From contig NC_043001.1 of the NCBI RefSeq assembly GCF_006345805.1, positions 93,682,001 to 93,746,000 on the forward strand: a stretch of 64,000 nucleotides of DNA, given 5' to 3'. The notes under the pieces are model-generated. The model worked only from the letters and a program-made list of their open reading frames with translations, had not been told where the DNA came from and searched no databases. Below, piece by piece: positions 46,802 to 61,191 of this stretch (position 1 is its first letter; every line of letters starts with the position of its first letter). This DNA is from Octopus sinensis. Taxonomy: Eukaryota. A program made the position numbers and the translations under genes.

Positions 46802-48622
46802 GTGTATGTGTGTGTGCTTGCGTGCGTATTGTCGAACACTATATCCTGTTTATGCCATCTAACTGTTCAGGGAATTCAAGCTCTCTCTTACGAGATGACA
46901 ACACCGTATTTTTACCGATAAGGGTTAGATATTCCTCTATCAGCTTCTGCTTCAGATTTCTTAAGTGAAACCCTTTCATTATAATTCTATCCTCATAATT
47001 CTATACCTACCAGAGACAGCAAATCTCGCATTTCGAAACCTTCTTGTACGTTCAGATAATGCTATCCACGTTTCTTCGAAGTGAAGCAAGGACTATAAGG
47101 GCTACTTACGACATAAACAAGTGCCAGATCATATTTCATATGCCGTTGCTAAGGTGATTCGTTGATTTCACCTCTCTGTCGCTCACTCTCTCACCCTCTG
47201 TATATCTTCCTTTATGCTCCCACTTTCGCTCTCTCTCCCTCTTTCTCTCTCTGTCTCTCTCACTGTATCGCTATTCTTTAATACTTGTGTAGATTATTTG
47301 TTGAAATCCTAAAAACCCTCAAACGGCTAGCTTCAAACAGTAAGTTAAGTTTTCGTTATATTCAGTTTCAGGCTATGTATTTGTACAAATCTTAAATTCT
47401 TAAAATATATATTTATACACATTAATATGGAAAACAGACTGGATCAAGGATCATATGCTCTGACGTAATGTATGTTTGAACCGTCCGGAGTGCAAATTTC
47501 GTTCTTAGATAAAACTACTTAAAAAATAGCATATATTTTCAAAGCTTATTTCTTTAGAAGCCTAGTCAAATTGTATGATGGACATATTCAATTTTCCAAA
47601 GATCGCACATATTAACGTTGTCAGGATATATAATATTTACCTAGAGGGCGTGAATGAGTACCGTAGATCATGGCAACATTTAGTGTAGGCTTGAACAGAA
47701 TGGAAATTATGGAGGCGTTATACAGCATTACCGAGTGTAAGGTGATCGTAAGGCGTCAGCTGTCAGATAGTTCTGTAGATCGCATTAAAAACGATCACTG
47801 TGATATTCTATATTTTAGTTGTATGTTCCTGAAATTTGGTACAACTGATTTACGCATTTATGTATGTATCTAGCTGCGTATATATGAGCTCATATGTGGG
47901 TTTGTATGTATGTATACAGGCATATTTGAACATACACTCAAACTAATAAGAATGTGCATTTCCATATCTAATCTTATGCAATTTTGTAGACACAACCAAT
48001 TCTAAAGCAACAGGCGTATACACATGGAACTAAGGACACATAGACATTCATAAATAATTAACAAGAGAAATCATTTTGGGTCATACTACGTATGTCGAAC
48101 CATATTGTTGTCCAAAAGAAATTAAAATAACCGATATAGCAAGGAAAAAATATGACAAAAGTCAAATTAGAAAAAATAATCGATGAAGAAAAATAAAAAT
48201 ATTTGACTAAAAATAAATCAACAAATAATTTCATTCCAACAAGATTAAACTAATGAAAATCCGATCTAATCAAATTAGATTAATCGAAGGAAGGAGCGAT
48301 TGAATGAAAATTAATCGAAGTCACGTTCCACCAAATCAAAGCCATCGATGTGAGACTTTGCCAAATGAGATTATTTAAGATATAGAACAAATCGATTTCT
48401 CAGATCGAAACTTGATCAGATCAAAATCTTCCTTCTTTCATCGAAGCAAATATTTAGTTTTTATTGAATGAGAAAATTACTAAGTTGTTGGTTATAAATT
48501 AAGTGTGAATCATGTAAGGAAACTTTGCTGTGGACATTTAAGCTATCTTATGCACCTAAGGGTTGTAATAAGATCTAATGTTATACATAAATGTATAATA
48601 TATATATATATTATATATATAT

Positions 48623-48654
<32 letters not shown>

Positions 48655-48674
48655 ATTATATATATATATATAAT

Positions 48675-48706
<32 letters not shown>

Positions 48707-48772
48707 AAAAATATATATATATATATGTATGTATATGTATGAATATATATATATATGTATGTATATGTATGA

Positions 48773-48803
<31 letters not shown>

Positions 48804-48848
48804 TATATATATAATATATATATGTATGTATATGTATGTATATGTATG

Positions 48849-48892
<44 letters not shown>

Positions 48893-49771
48893 GTGTCTGT
48901 GTATGTATATATGCATACGTACATGCATATACACACACACACCTATAAGGAGCGGTATGGCCGTGTGATTAAATAAAATGGCATTGCAGCCAAGTGATTT
49001 CGGATTTACATCCAATACATCGCCACTTGGGCAAATGATTCTTTGGAAGCTAGTTCTACAGATCCGCAGACGCGCGCGTGTTCTTTGTGCTAGACTCCAC
49101 GCTTGACATATGGCTTGATTTGCTCATTTGCCCTTTAGCATAAAAGATGGAGAAAGAACGATAAAAGAAATTACCAGACTATAAAGACTAAGTACTGGGG
49201 TCGACTTATCTAACTAAACCCATTGAATGAGAGAAGGTGTGCGAGGTCGATGAAGGGAATGTGTTAATAAAACTTAAAGGTCCTTTCATACCCGTATTAT
49301 ATATCCTCGGTTTCCAATGTAGACACAATGCTTGTAAAACATTTTTCGCACTGAGAAATGAAAGATATGATTGTTTTCTTGACTTTTAACCACATCTTCA
49401 GGACACATTTATTCATTATTGTGATCACAGTGATAATAATTCCTTTTTGATGTTTATTGTACACAAAATCAAGACAAAAGGATCACCTTTCTGTACTGAT
49501 TTGCAAAACAATACAGGCTTTCCGAACGTATTTTCATGAGGGCATGTTTTATAGAGATTATATATGAAGAGCATATTTTATAGAGAATATATATGGAGAG
49601 TATGTTTTATGTAGAATATATATGGAGACCGTATTTTATAGGGAATATATGTGCAGGAGCTTTAAATGTATGCCTCGGTTTCTTCTAAAAAACTGCGTAA
49701 TACTGTCTATAGGAAGAACGATTGCTTGAAATTTGCTCCTATGTTTTGCGTTTCATGATCATTGGCTTTAT

Positions 49772-50048
49772 ATACTCTTTTACTCTTTTTACTCTTTTAC
49801 TTGTTTCAGTCATTTGACTGCGGCCATGCTGGAGCACCACCTTTAATCGAGCAACTCGACCCCGGGACTTATTCTTTGTAAGCCCAGTACTTATTCTATC
49901 GGTCTCTTTTGCCGAACCGCTAAGTACGGGGACATAAACACACCAGCATCGGTTGTCAAGCAATGCTAGGGGAACAAACACAGACACACAAACCACACAA
50001 ACGCATATATATATATATATATATTAATATATATATATATATATATAT

Positions 50049-50079
<31 letters not shown>

Positions 50080-50111
50080 CATATATACGACGGGCTTTTT
50101 TCAGTTCCGTC

Positions 50112-50112
<1 letters not shown>
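49772..50112 (-). mobile_element. SINE family C, 5'-truncated, with a well-preserved 3' tail
   Basis: Minus strand tail GGTGGTGCTCCAGCATGGCCGCAGTCAAATGACTGAAACAAG(TAAAAGAG)n; internal (TA)n; the head breaks off at 50112. Confidence 0.88.
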
Positions 50113-50140
<28 letters not shown>

Positions 50141-50146
<6 letters not shown>

Positions 50147-50240
50147 CTTGTACAAGAGATCATTACAGATATGTAATCTACAGTGAGGCCGGCGGAAGCA
50201 TAGGTTCTCTTTTGCAATCCACCAAACCGATATACATATA

Positions 50241-50276
<36 letters not shown>

Positions 50277-50376
50277 ATTATCTGGTACAAGAGATCATTA
50301 CAGATATGTAATCTACAGTGAGGCCGGCCGGAAGCATAGGTTCTCTTTTGCAATCCACCAAACCGATATACATATA
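50141..50376. repeat. Direct duplication of about 100 bp separated by (TA)n
   Basis: Copies at 50141-50240 and 50276-50376 differ at about 2 positions. Confidence 0.9.
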
Positions 50377-50588
50377 ATTGAGATAGTATTACGTAGATAC
50401 TTGTAATTACATCCTCAACCTCACAGAAACACCCACACACACATGCACGTACACACACATACATAATTAATATTCCTTATTAATACGAATGCTGGGAAGT
50501 GAAGCTATTGCAAAGTTTTAAGCTTCCGTCCAAAGCATAAAAAAGCAAAGGTATTTATTTAAAAAAACAATTCTCATTACAACCGTTC

Positions 50589-50641
<53 letters not shown>

Positions 50642-52439
50642 GGTCTGTCTGTCTGTCTATCTCTCCATCTGTCTATATATTCAAATATGTTCATAGATTT
50701 ACAGTAGATTTACTAAATGTAAATAACCACATTAATACTTTTATTCTTGGCACTGGATTTTGTGAGCAATCTTGGATTGTTTTTGACAGTTAGAGAAAAG
50801 CTTGTAATATTGTTTTGAGCTAATTAACAGTGTCTCTGTGGGCAGATAACTTGTTACGCTCTCTCTCTCTCTCTCTCTCTCTCATGAAAGCTCAACGCCG
50901 ATGTGATACTCGTGCATCCGATGCCTGGTTTTTATCCGTTATTTCTTAGAGTTTAGAAAAAGTAAAGAACATATAACATATTCTTGTTAGCTAGTAATTT
51001 TAATAAATTGTCGATGAATCAACGTAGATGTCTCAATACTAAAATGTATTTTAGAATATATTCTCCGATTTTGGACAACACAATGGAAAATACAGACATA
51101 GACATTCTATCGTTATATATAATATATTCATGGATACCGCTTATAAAAAGAGATATTAGTAGTAAGAGGTAAAATAAATCGGGTAGACAGATCTGCATAT
51201 ATGATGCATTCTTGGCAGATATTTCGATGAATAATAATCTATTTCAGTGTCCACACAGACAATTATTATAAAACACATTATCTATAATGTTTTAAATAAA
51301 TCGAATTGCCCAATTTGCATTTTTAACGCACTTTTGGCAGCTAAACCGATCAATAAATTTCTGGTGCGTTAGCAGTGTTATCCTTTAGTTCTGTCCTGTA
51401 AATGAGAACACGTACATATACCCACTTCACATACATGAATATATGCAAACACGTACATATACCCACTTCACATACATGAATATATACAATATAGATGTTT
51501 GTATAGCGTCGTCACAGACACCATCATCTTCACAGATATCGTCCTCGTCACCGGCACAATCCTCGTCAGGCATTTCTTTTGTCCGAGGACTTAAAGTTTC
51601 CTTTGATTGAGTGGTCCTTCCAGTTTGATGGCAGTAATTAGAAAAGAGGCTTATCCTCGCGTAAAATAAGCAGGGCATAGAAGGGATATTTTATTTTGTT
51701 CCATTTTAATTTCTTTACGTTCATCTTCGGCAATGTATGAAGTAAATCACTGATTGTATATACAACACCTACAAATAAAACACACATGTACAGACACGCA
51801 CACATCCGACCCACACATAAATACACACATATACATGCGCACGCGCACACACATACACACATACACACATACACAAACAGAAATACACAAGTTTCTCTTA
51901 TATTTTAGAAAGAACAAACATAAATTATCGAGCGCCAATCGTTAGGAATACTCAAGGAAAAGAGAAAGAATTTCAACAAGTTAAAATTAAATCCTTGAAC
52001 ACGTACAATGAAGGGGAGATCCTTTTTAATTTGGATGCACAGCAACGAATACTGTCGGCATGTTTCAGTATATTAGAAGCCATCATAATAAAGTTGAAGC
52101 AAACATGCTACGAACTAGACAACTATTCATATAGATACAAAGGGCTACAATAATTTTTGTCTAGAATAATTGACATGAATCAAAATAAAGTGAGCTGATG
52201 GAAATAAATCAAATGGAAGAGGGGCACTAATTAGAATAATGAAGTTAAATATCTAATGCCTTTCGCCAAAATGTGCCGGTAGCTTTCTGCCTTCTGTCGC
52301 CAACTAAGAAAGTATTTTCAATTAATCATCTTTGGCGCACATTTTTTACTAGGTCAGGCTTTAATTATCTACGTATATCTGTATACACACACGCATATGT
52401 AAATAGTACATTTGTACACTTACACACACATACACATAC

Positions 52440-52859
52440 AAATGTATATGTATATACATATATATAAACAGATATATATATATATGCGTATACATATTAA
52501 CGTATTATATATATATGTATATATATATGATATTTATATATATATTATATATATATACATATATATATACCTATATATATATACATATAATATATGTATA
52601 TATATATAGTACATATATATACATATATCTATATATACATATATAATACATACATATATATATATTATACATACATACATATATAATACATATAATTATA
52701 TACTATATATATATATTACATACATATATATATATACATACATATATATATATATACATACATATATATATACATATATATATACATACATATATACATA
52801 CATAGATATATATACATACATATATATATATATATATACATACATACATACATATATAT

Positions 52860-52930
<71 letters not shown>

Positions 52931-53297
52931 GTAAACATATAAATGTATATATAGTATATATATATATTATAAAATATATATACATATATATATACATATA
53001 TATATATGTATATATATATATACATATATATAACTATATATATATACATAATATATACATACATATATATATTTTACATACATACATATATACATACATA
53101 TTATAGATTATACATATATATATATAATACATATATATATACATAACATATAATATATATATACATACATATATACTACATATATATATACATACATATA
53201 TTACATAATATATATTATTAATACATACATATATATAATATATTATACATACTACATACAATATATAATACATACATACATACACCTATATAATATA

Positions 53298-53331
<34 letters not shown>

Positions 53332-53349
53332 CGTAAACATATAAATGTA

Positions 53350-53387
<38 letters not shown>
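52440..53387. repeat. Very long compound (TA)n/(TACA)n array
   Basis: Directly visible; it contains the repeated word ATATACGTAAACATATAAATGTATAT at about 52925 and 53327. Confidence 0.95.
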
Positions 53388-53390
<3 letters not shown>

Positions 53391-53590
53391 AAAGTTTGCG
53401 AAAATAAACAAAAGACGAAGGCAAGTGGAGTACAAACAAACAAATGTATTAGTATAGCGCTCAGGAATAGAAAAAAAGTCTTTTACGTTTCGAGCCTACG
53501 CTCTTCGACAGAAAGATACGCAGAAAAAAACAAGGAGAGAAAGAAGGAGAGAAAAAGTGTGTTTAGTAGCTAACGATCTATCATGGCGTG
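53388..53590 (-). mobile_element. Family H element (copy 4, best preserved)
   Basis: The reverse complement is colinear with 29160-29356. Confidence 0.82.
53479..53516 (-). ncRNA. Putative minimal hammerhead ribozyme with a non-canonical core
   Basis: TCTTT-CTGTCGA-A-GAGC(GTAG)GCTC-GAAA-CG-TA-AAAGA: 5-bp stem I, 4-bp stem II, palindromic ACGT stem III, GUA site. The core has U in place of A6 and an extra A after A9. Confidence 0.5.
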
Positions 53591-54786
53591 TGTATATGGA
53601 ATTTTATATGTATATACATAGATAAATATATATTTACACTTATATGTATTTTGGTTTATATACACATATTTGTTTGAATATATGTGTGTGGTTGTAATAT
53701 ATGTATACATGCACACATATTTACATATGCACTTATGCTTATGAGCGTTATTTGCCACGTTAGCCTCGGGTGAAATAATCATCAAGAATCACTTTGAGCT
53801 TCTTGTAAGAATTTTAAACCTCGTTGATTTTAAGTAATACTTCTCGCTGAAAACAAGTCTCTTCTGGCAATCACAATAATTACTCGTTGTAATAAAGTTT
53901 TGTTTATGAATTTAACAAGGACATTTTATTTTTACTACAATACTAATATGTTTCTGTTTTCCACGTTAAAAGTGGCCTATCAATATTTGTAATTCTTATG
54001 AGAATACTATTTATCTCAACTTACTTTACATTGTAATTTACTGCTGCCGGGAAACTTTCAGGGAGTAAGATTTCCTTTGGGAAAACAACATTGAAGATCA
54101 TCCATTAAGTCTTTCAGGAAATATATTGTAACAAGAACTAGAATATAATGCTTATAAGATAACTATAACTATTTTATCTTCGAGAAAACTATATTGTCAT
54201 TCTATCTCATTCGGGTATGTATTACGACTCGGTGCAAGTAAAATGGTTGATGTGAATAAAGAACAGAGGTAATGGAAAGAATACCGTAATTCTTCGAGTA
54301 TAATCCGCATTTTTTCCCCAAACTTTAAAGGTCAAAATCCCTAGTGCGTACTATATACAAGGTTAAAAATGAAAAATATTTTCTAAGCAATATCCGAGTC
54401 TCTATTTCCTGTCCGGCAATGTTTATTCAGACGCATTTTGTGATGTCGGGCGCGAAAATACATTTTCCCTGCGTATTATCTTCAAGGGCAGACTATACTC
54501 GAGGATTTACGGTAACTGACAATTATCGGTATACCTATACAATCATTTGATGCCAGATTCGAGGCATTCTAACCGACACATGATACGCTTGAGTTTCGTG
54601 TGGAAAACAGTTTAATACATGGGTAACAAGGACAGATGAAAGAAATTCTCTAGTAGTAACATTAGATAATGAGTTCTTAGATATCTAATGGCATTGATGA
54701 ATCCAAAATGGCTCAATACACAATGTCTTTATTATTAGGCATTAAAAAAGACATGCTTTATTTCACAAAGTTCTTCGTGGCTTTTT

Positions 54787-54840
<54 letters not shown>

Positions 54841-54863
54841 AATAATAATAATAATAATAATAA

Positions 54864-55419
54864 GTGCCCTGATGCAGTACCAGGCAGTGGCTCTCATGGC
54901 TTCTGATCTTAACTGATTGGAAGTGTTATCACGTACATTGTTTTGTCTTGGTATAAAAGATAGGCTACAGCAAATATTCTGCTCAATACCACAGATTTGC
55001 TTGTCAGTTGCTTGACCTTAACCAGTTGAGCATGTCCCTAGTGGCTGACGATATGTGCATCTCTGATCACGAGCAGAAGTAGTGGGGGAGCATCATAGCC
55101 ATGTGTTGAGAGGGATTCTTTGGGGTTTGAATAGTTCACCTCTGGAAACATGGGTGGTTCTTTCAACATCCTTAAACAACCCTTATTCAGGGACCGTTTG
55201 AGCGGGATGGGCTACTCAACCTGAAGAAAATTCTAACTGGGCCCCACCTGCAAGGTCATGTGCTGTTTATCTTGATATGAGATCACTATGTCGCGCACAT
55301 ACGGTTGTGATGCATGTGCCTGGTGTACCTTTATCAGACGGGTAGTCATGATGGGTATATTGGGCTTCGTATATTTTACCCCAGTGTCACTTTGATGGCA
55401 TGAACTGCTCTCTCACTCA
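54864..55419. mobile_element. Unclassified non-coding 556-bp insertion flanked by (TAA)n
   Basis: Sharp, GC-richer block between (TAC)n(TAA)n (54787-54863) and (TAA)n (55420-55441); no TIR, ORF or clear A/B box seen. Confidence 0.5.
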
Positions 55420-55444
55420 ATAATACTAATAATAATAATAACAT

Positions 55445-55980
55445 ATAGGGATAGTGGATCACAATAAATACATGACCCGACTACTAGTAGATTTCGCTGA
55501 GTGAACTAGTAGACATATATGCAAAATTTAAGCCCCCTCCCAAATTCCACGGCTTCCCACTTTACCTATGTTCATTGAATAACACAGATGAAGCACGGAT
55601 ATACAAAGAGAAGGCGTTCATGCAAAAGTACAAACCCAGACTTAACAAACTTTAACAAAGTACATACACAAATAACTATTCACACACAAAACACGTTCTG
55701 CCACTTAACATGGGGAATCCACATAGGTAACAACCTAAACTTTAGCCACTGCACTACATACAAACACCCCTGTCTACTTTCCTACACCACAGACTAAATT
55801 TGGAGTGCCATGATTGTAGCTAAACCTGTAAGAATTAATTTCAGTATGTAAGAAGTTATGCATACAAGTTTGCATTGAAAAGGATGCCCAGCATTATATA
55901 GTTGTATATTCTCAACTTCATGCAAATTCAGAAAAGTCTCTTATCGGATCACTGGAACATCCTCAACAATACACACGGAT
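55445..55980 (+). mobile_element. Penelope-like GIY-YIG C-terminus plus 3' region
   Basis: The frame reads SLSELVDIYAKFKPPPKFHGFPLYLCSLNNTDEARIYKEKAFMQKYKPRLNKL* (R..KE..F..K..P.LN ending; stop at about 55655). The 3' boundary is uncertain. Confidence 0.55.
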
Positions 55981-56151
55981 GCGCACACATACACACGCTT
56001 GCAAACATGTACACGCACATATACATATATGTATATGCATATACGTATATACATATCTATATGCATATGTGCATATACATATTTATATACGTATATATAT
56101 ATATGTGTGTATTTATGTGTGTCCGTGCGCGTGTATATATATAAATGTATG

Positions 56152-56191
<40 letters not shown>

Positions 56192-56245
56192 CATACACAT
56201 ACACACACACACACAACACACATATATATATATATAATATATATG

Positions 56246-56297
<52 letters not shown>

Positions 56298-57236
56298 GTT
56301 TGTAGAAGCCTCTGTGTGCTTACATGTATGTAGATTGCTTCGATAGTGCTTCTTCGTACATATTATCTCAAGTGTTATATCTGACGAATGTAGTTCTGGT
56401 GGGTGTAGTTTCAAAAGCGGACGGTGATTTATTAAAGGGCTCCATTGAATATAAACAACAGTATTCTGAAATATTCTGATGTTGAGAAATAGGAATTATT
56501 TCCCACCTAACCTGGACCGCAACGTATCAGATAAATAATGCAATAATACATACGACAAATATGAAAAAAACATGGATTATTTATAGACTGATTAAAATAT
56601 TGTATCCACAGCCTTTACGCTGATATATTTCTGACAATAATCTCTCAGTAACCTTGAAATCTGAACGCTCACAGTCTTAGAAGTTGTGTTTACTTGGAGA
56701 TAAAAGAAAAAAATGCTCTTGATTAGAGTAGAACTACGTACAGATATGGCAGTATACATAGATTAAAGCACATACTTTAGACACATGCACTTTACGATAC
56801 CAACACGTATTAATAGAAGCATACACAAACAAATTCTTATACTCAAATGCATAACTTGTCCTAAGGCATACGTAGCTTACATTATTCCAGCCATATGATT
56901 TTTATATGTATATAAATATAAGTACATACATACACATAAATATAAGCACACATACACACACATGCATATATATATATATATACGTCGGTATGAATATGTT
57001 ATAAGAGTATTTTTATGAATTATAATTATGTTACTTGATTCAAATAGATGATATTTTGGACGTAACAACGTAAATTTCACACAATGATCCACACTGAATA
57101 GTTAAACAGTATATTATTTAAACTATAAGAGTTACTTAAAGTCGTACTGAAATTACTATATGGAGATAATTTCATTAAGAATTAGTCTCTCTCTCCATCT
57201 GTCTATCTATTTATCTGTCTTTCTATCTATGTATCC

Positions 57237-57322
<86 letters not shown>

Positions 57323-60300
57323 ATGCATGTATGTATCTATCTATCTATCTGTCTAACTATCTAGCTCTCTATTATATATGTATATGTTCATGTATTTAAT
57401 ATATACTTCTATATTTTGCTGTGGTATTGTATGAAGAGATAACAATAAAGCATTTGTCTCTTAATGCATTTCTGTAATAGTAGGAATGTGAGTTTCTCAT
57501 TTCTTTCTTTTTGTGATAAAGAGAGGCTTCGAAAGGGGAGAGAATTAAATGAAAAACGAGAAGCAAATTATGTTACATCGAATAATGGATACGTATAGAG
57601 ATGGCGGATAAAGATGATAAAAGATCCAAAATAAAAATAAAGTAAATATGTGTGGTTGATGTTGAAGCGAATTTATGCATGTTTGTTATTTTCTTGTCGT
57701 TTTGAACGTTCTCTGTTACGCTTTTGTGTGTGTCTACATATAAAATTGTGTGTACATTTTGCAAAGTTGTTGCTGAATTTTGAATGATTTTTGCCCATTT
57801 ATAAATGCAGATGATTCTTTGTGTAGTATCTGCGCTCGTGGACGAGCGTATATATTTATTTTTTCTAAGACTACGGAAGCCATATATAACAGTGAAGAAA
57901 ATATATAAAACTAGAGAGAAGGAACCAAAAAAAACTGGCAGCTGAGGGAATGAATATTAGAAAGACAATAAAATATCCGTTCAACATTAGGTTCCATAAT
58001 ATATGTATATATGCTCCGGTTGGTATTGAAGTCTTGGAACATTATTTCACGGAGTATTGAGCATAGTTTTTTTCTGCATTTTGCGCAGACACATAAGCGT
58101 TCATTGACACACTCAAATTTCACATACAAAGATATACACATACTGCCTGCTAATAAAATGCCGTTTGTTTAAATAGTTTTTCTAGATAGAGAGTGCAAAA
58201 AAGATTTTACATAAATAATATTGGTTTATGCCAAATCAAGAGAGCTTATCAGTGAGTATAGAAGTATGACTCTGAGTATGCATGACGTCAATATAAATAT
58301 AAAAAACAAATCAAAGCTATATCTACATCCCGCGAAATGAGGGAATAATTATCTGTGTATTCATGTATGTAATGGAAATATTGTGTAAAGAACGTTTAAT
58401 GAATATAAGAATATAACCAATAGCCAAGCGAAGTGGATCTGGGCTTTTACTTTAATGTTTCCATATATATATATATTTATATATATGTATATTTTTTTCT
58501 TCTGTAAATTGTATATAAGTTAGAAGCCTTTAAACCGTCATTTTCAAACATCTAAAACAATTTTACTTTAACTAGTTCCACTCTGTTGCCTTTCACCGCT
58601 GCCTTCATATCCATCAGAATGTTTGCAAAGTCGAGCCCATTAAATCTTTGCCTTGAAAATATCTCTTCTCAATATTTCCGGTCAAACTGCTTGTAACTGG
58701 TTATGATTCTGCAGGAATCAGCAGATCAAAAGCATAACACTCTGGAATAACACACTGTCAACGAATTAGTCTCTGCTGTCTCTTTTCTCTTTATAGCTGA
58801 TATTTAAAGTTCGATGTTATCCGAGGTGTAAATTTAATGAGAATAAAAGAATGTAAACTGATTAACAGGCAATATATTTGTGCATGTGCTGTGTTATACT
58901 GTTTGATTTGATCTCGATGTTTGATATGTAAAACGGTATAGACGGTTATAAAGTTTGATTCCGCTCGTGTTCTGAATAATCTGTCCTCGTGCTTCATTCC
59001 AAAGGAAAATTGTGTTGTTTTATGTCATTAAGCTACTACAATTTACGCTATTCACCGAATAGGCATTAAACGAAGTGAATCAAGCAAGAAAAAATAGAAT
59101 TATTTGGGAAGAATTAACATAACTAATATTATCAGATGTATAGTAGCTGAATAGAATACAACAGACAAATTGGTGAAGGTCCATCAATCGCAAGCAGCGA
59201 TCCAGATTTCATTTAGAGTATCCGAAAACTAATTATTTAATTTTAGTTACGTCATATAGAGACAGAACGTTGCCATCTCGGTTGACGAGTTACTATACAC
59301 AACGGAGATATATACCGTTTATATCTCCCTCAACGTACAAGTTAATATTACAGAAACCCGTTGTTTGGCTCGGAGTAAGCAGATCTATGAAGATGCATTC
59401 ATAATTGCCGGACCAAGAATTCTGTGCTACAATATGATCAGCTGCCACAGAAAAAACTGGATATTTTTGGAAATAAAAAACAGAAAGGAAACAGTTTCTT
59501 TTATTTTATATTTTAGCGATTATTTTTGCAAATAATTCAGCTTTGAAAATTACAAGGAAATCAATGGTGTTCTTCCACTTGTAAAACATCGAATAAATAC
59601 AAAAATGCAATGAAGATACGGATGATGGCTGCGATGGTGGGGATAAGGTCACATATATGGGAAGATAAATAACTAGGGAGATATAAGAAAGGAGTTATTG
59701 ATTAATGTATACATGTAAGCTTGCATAGTTTTAATGATGAAGGTTGACACAAGTGCTGTTGAGATTGTGATGATGCTTGTAGTTCCTTTACAATTAATGT
59801 TGGTGATGGTGCCTGCGAGTGTGATATCAATGGTTTACTGTAGATAGTCGAAAAAAGCAGTTGTTTTTTAAAAAAATTTTAGTCATATTTGTTATAGTGG
59901 TTTTGGTTGTTTTGCTGGTGGTACGATTGCTGTTGCGGTTGCTAGTCTTGTGATGTGGTTGTTGTGATAGAGCTTTACAGATGGGAAAGTGAGTTTGTGG
60001 TTGTGTAAAGAGATAATGTATAATGAGGATAGAATGTTGAATGAACGATGACTGGAAGCTGTATTGCTTTATCGATTAAGTATCTAGTAATGATTTAATG
60101 GTAGAAACAAACTGTAATAAAAAATAATCGAGTGATAATTCCAGTGATGATGGTGTAGGTTTTTGTTGTATTGGTCTTAGTAATAATGTTGTAATTGTTG
60201 CCTGCAGCACTTGTGAACTAAATCAAGAATGCTAGTGCTATTGCCGTATAGTTGAGAAGAATATAGTTAGCAGTAATGTGAAATACAGGCGTATCATATA

Positions 60301-60356
60301 TGTCTGTCTGTCTATCTATCTATCTATCGATGTATGCGTTTGTATTTCTGGGTGTG

Positions 60357-60406
<50 letters not shown>

Positions 60407-61154
60407 GTGTGTGTGTGTGTGTGGTGTGTTGTGTGTGTGTACATATATGAATATGTGTGTGTACGTGTGTATGTGTATGAGTATGTATGGATTGTTGGAT
60501 ATATGCAAAACATTTTAATATCTATCACGGTGATAGTGATGATACAAGCAGAAATATTTTTGCAAAGATTGGTATTACATTTCTACGTATGGGATATATA
60601 TTCGTCTTGGTGAATGCTGCATGTATTCAGGCAGGATTAGAATGCATGTTGCATGTATCGCCTTGGGTAATAAATGTAGTGGCAAAGAACATGATAATGA
60701 TGGTGATGATGATGTCAACGACTACGACGACGACGACGAAGACAGTGATGGTGACGACGACGATAAGAAGGAGGATGTTGGTGTTAATGATAATACTGGT
60801 GAGAGGATTAGGGCTGCTGAACTTACGCAAAACAACCTTTACAATTTGCCGTAAATAACAAGGGAATATATTTTGAATTATATCCATCTCCAGCACTTTA
60901 TACAACTACAAATATAATACTAGAACTCACTTTATAGAGTTCGTGAAGAGCATACATATTAGCGTAGGTCAATACCACATGGCGATGGGTTACTTTGAGT
61001 CTAAACAGTATTATAGAATATTTCAGATATAATGCATGTAATGTATCTATATGTGATTGGTTTCACCCGGCTTTGAATATAATTGATGTATTTGTATGAT
61101 ATAGTTATCTTACATTACTGTTTTGCGGCAGCCCCGTTTGTTTATATATATATA

Positions 61155-61191
<37 letters not shown>

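Noticed and set aside
50141-50376. CRISPR-like repeat-spacer pattern (also 4522-4706 and 51409-51490)
   Set aside because: Only two copies, the spacers are microsatellite, the context is eukaryotic and there are no cas genes.
51427-51678. Acidic ORF (DEDCAGDEDDICEDD) or its Ser-rich antisense
   Set aside because: It is consistent with a decayed GAC/GAT repeat; no splice or homology support for either strand.
58570-58665. Protein-like frame RFNGLDFANILMDMKAAVKGNRVELVK (ankyrin-like?)
   Set aside because: Short, with weak splice sites and spacing that does not fit the ankyrin consensus.
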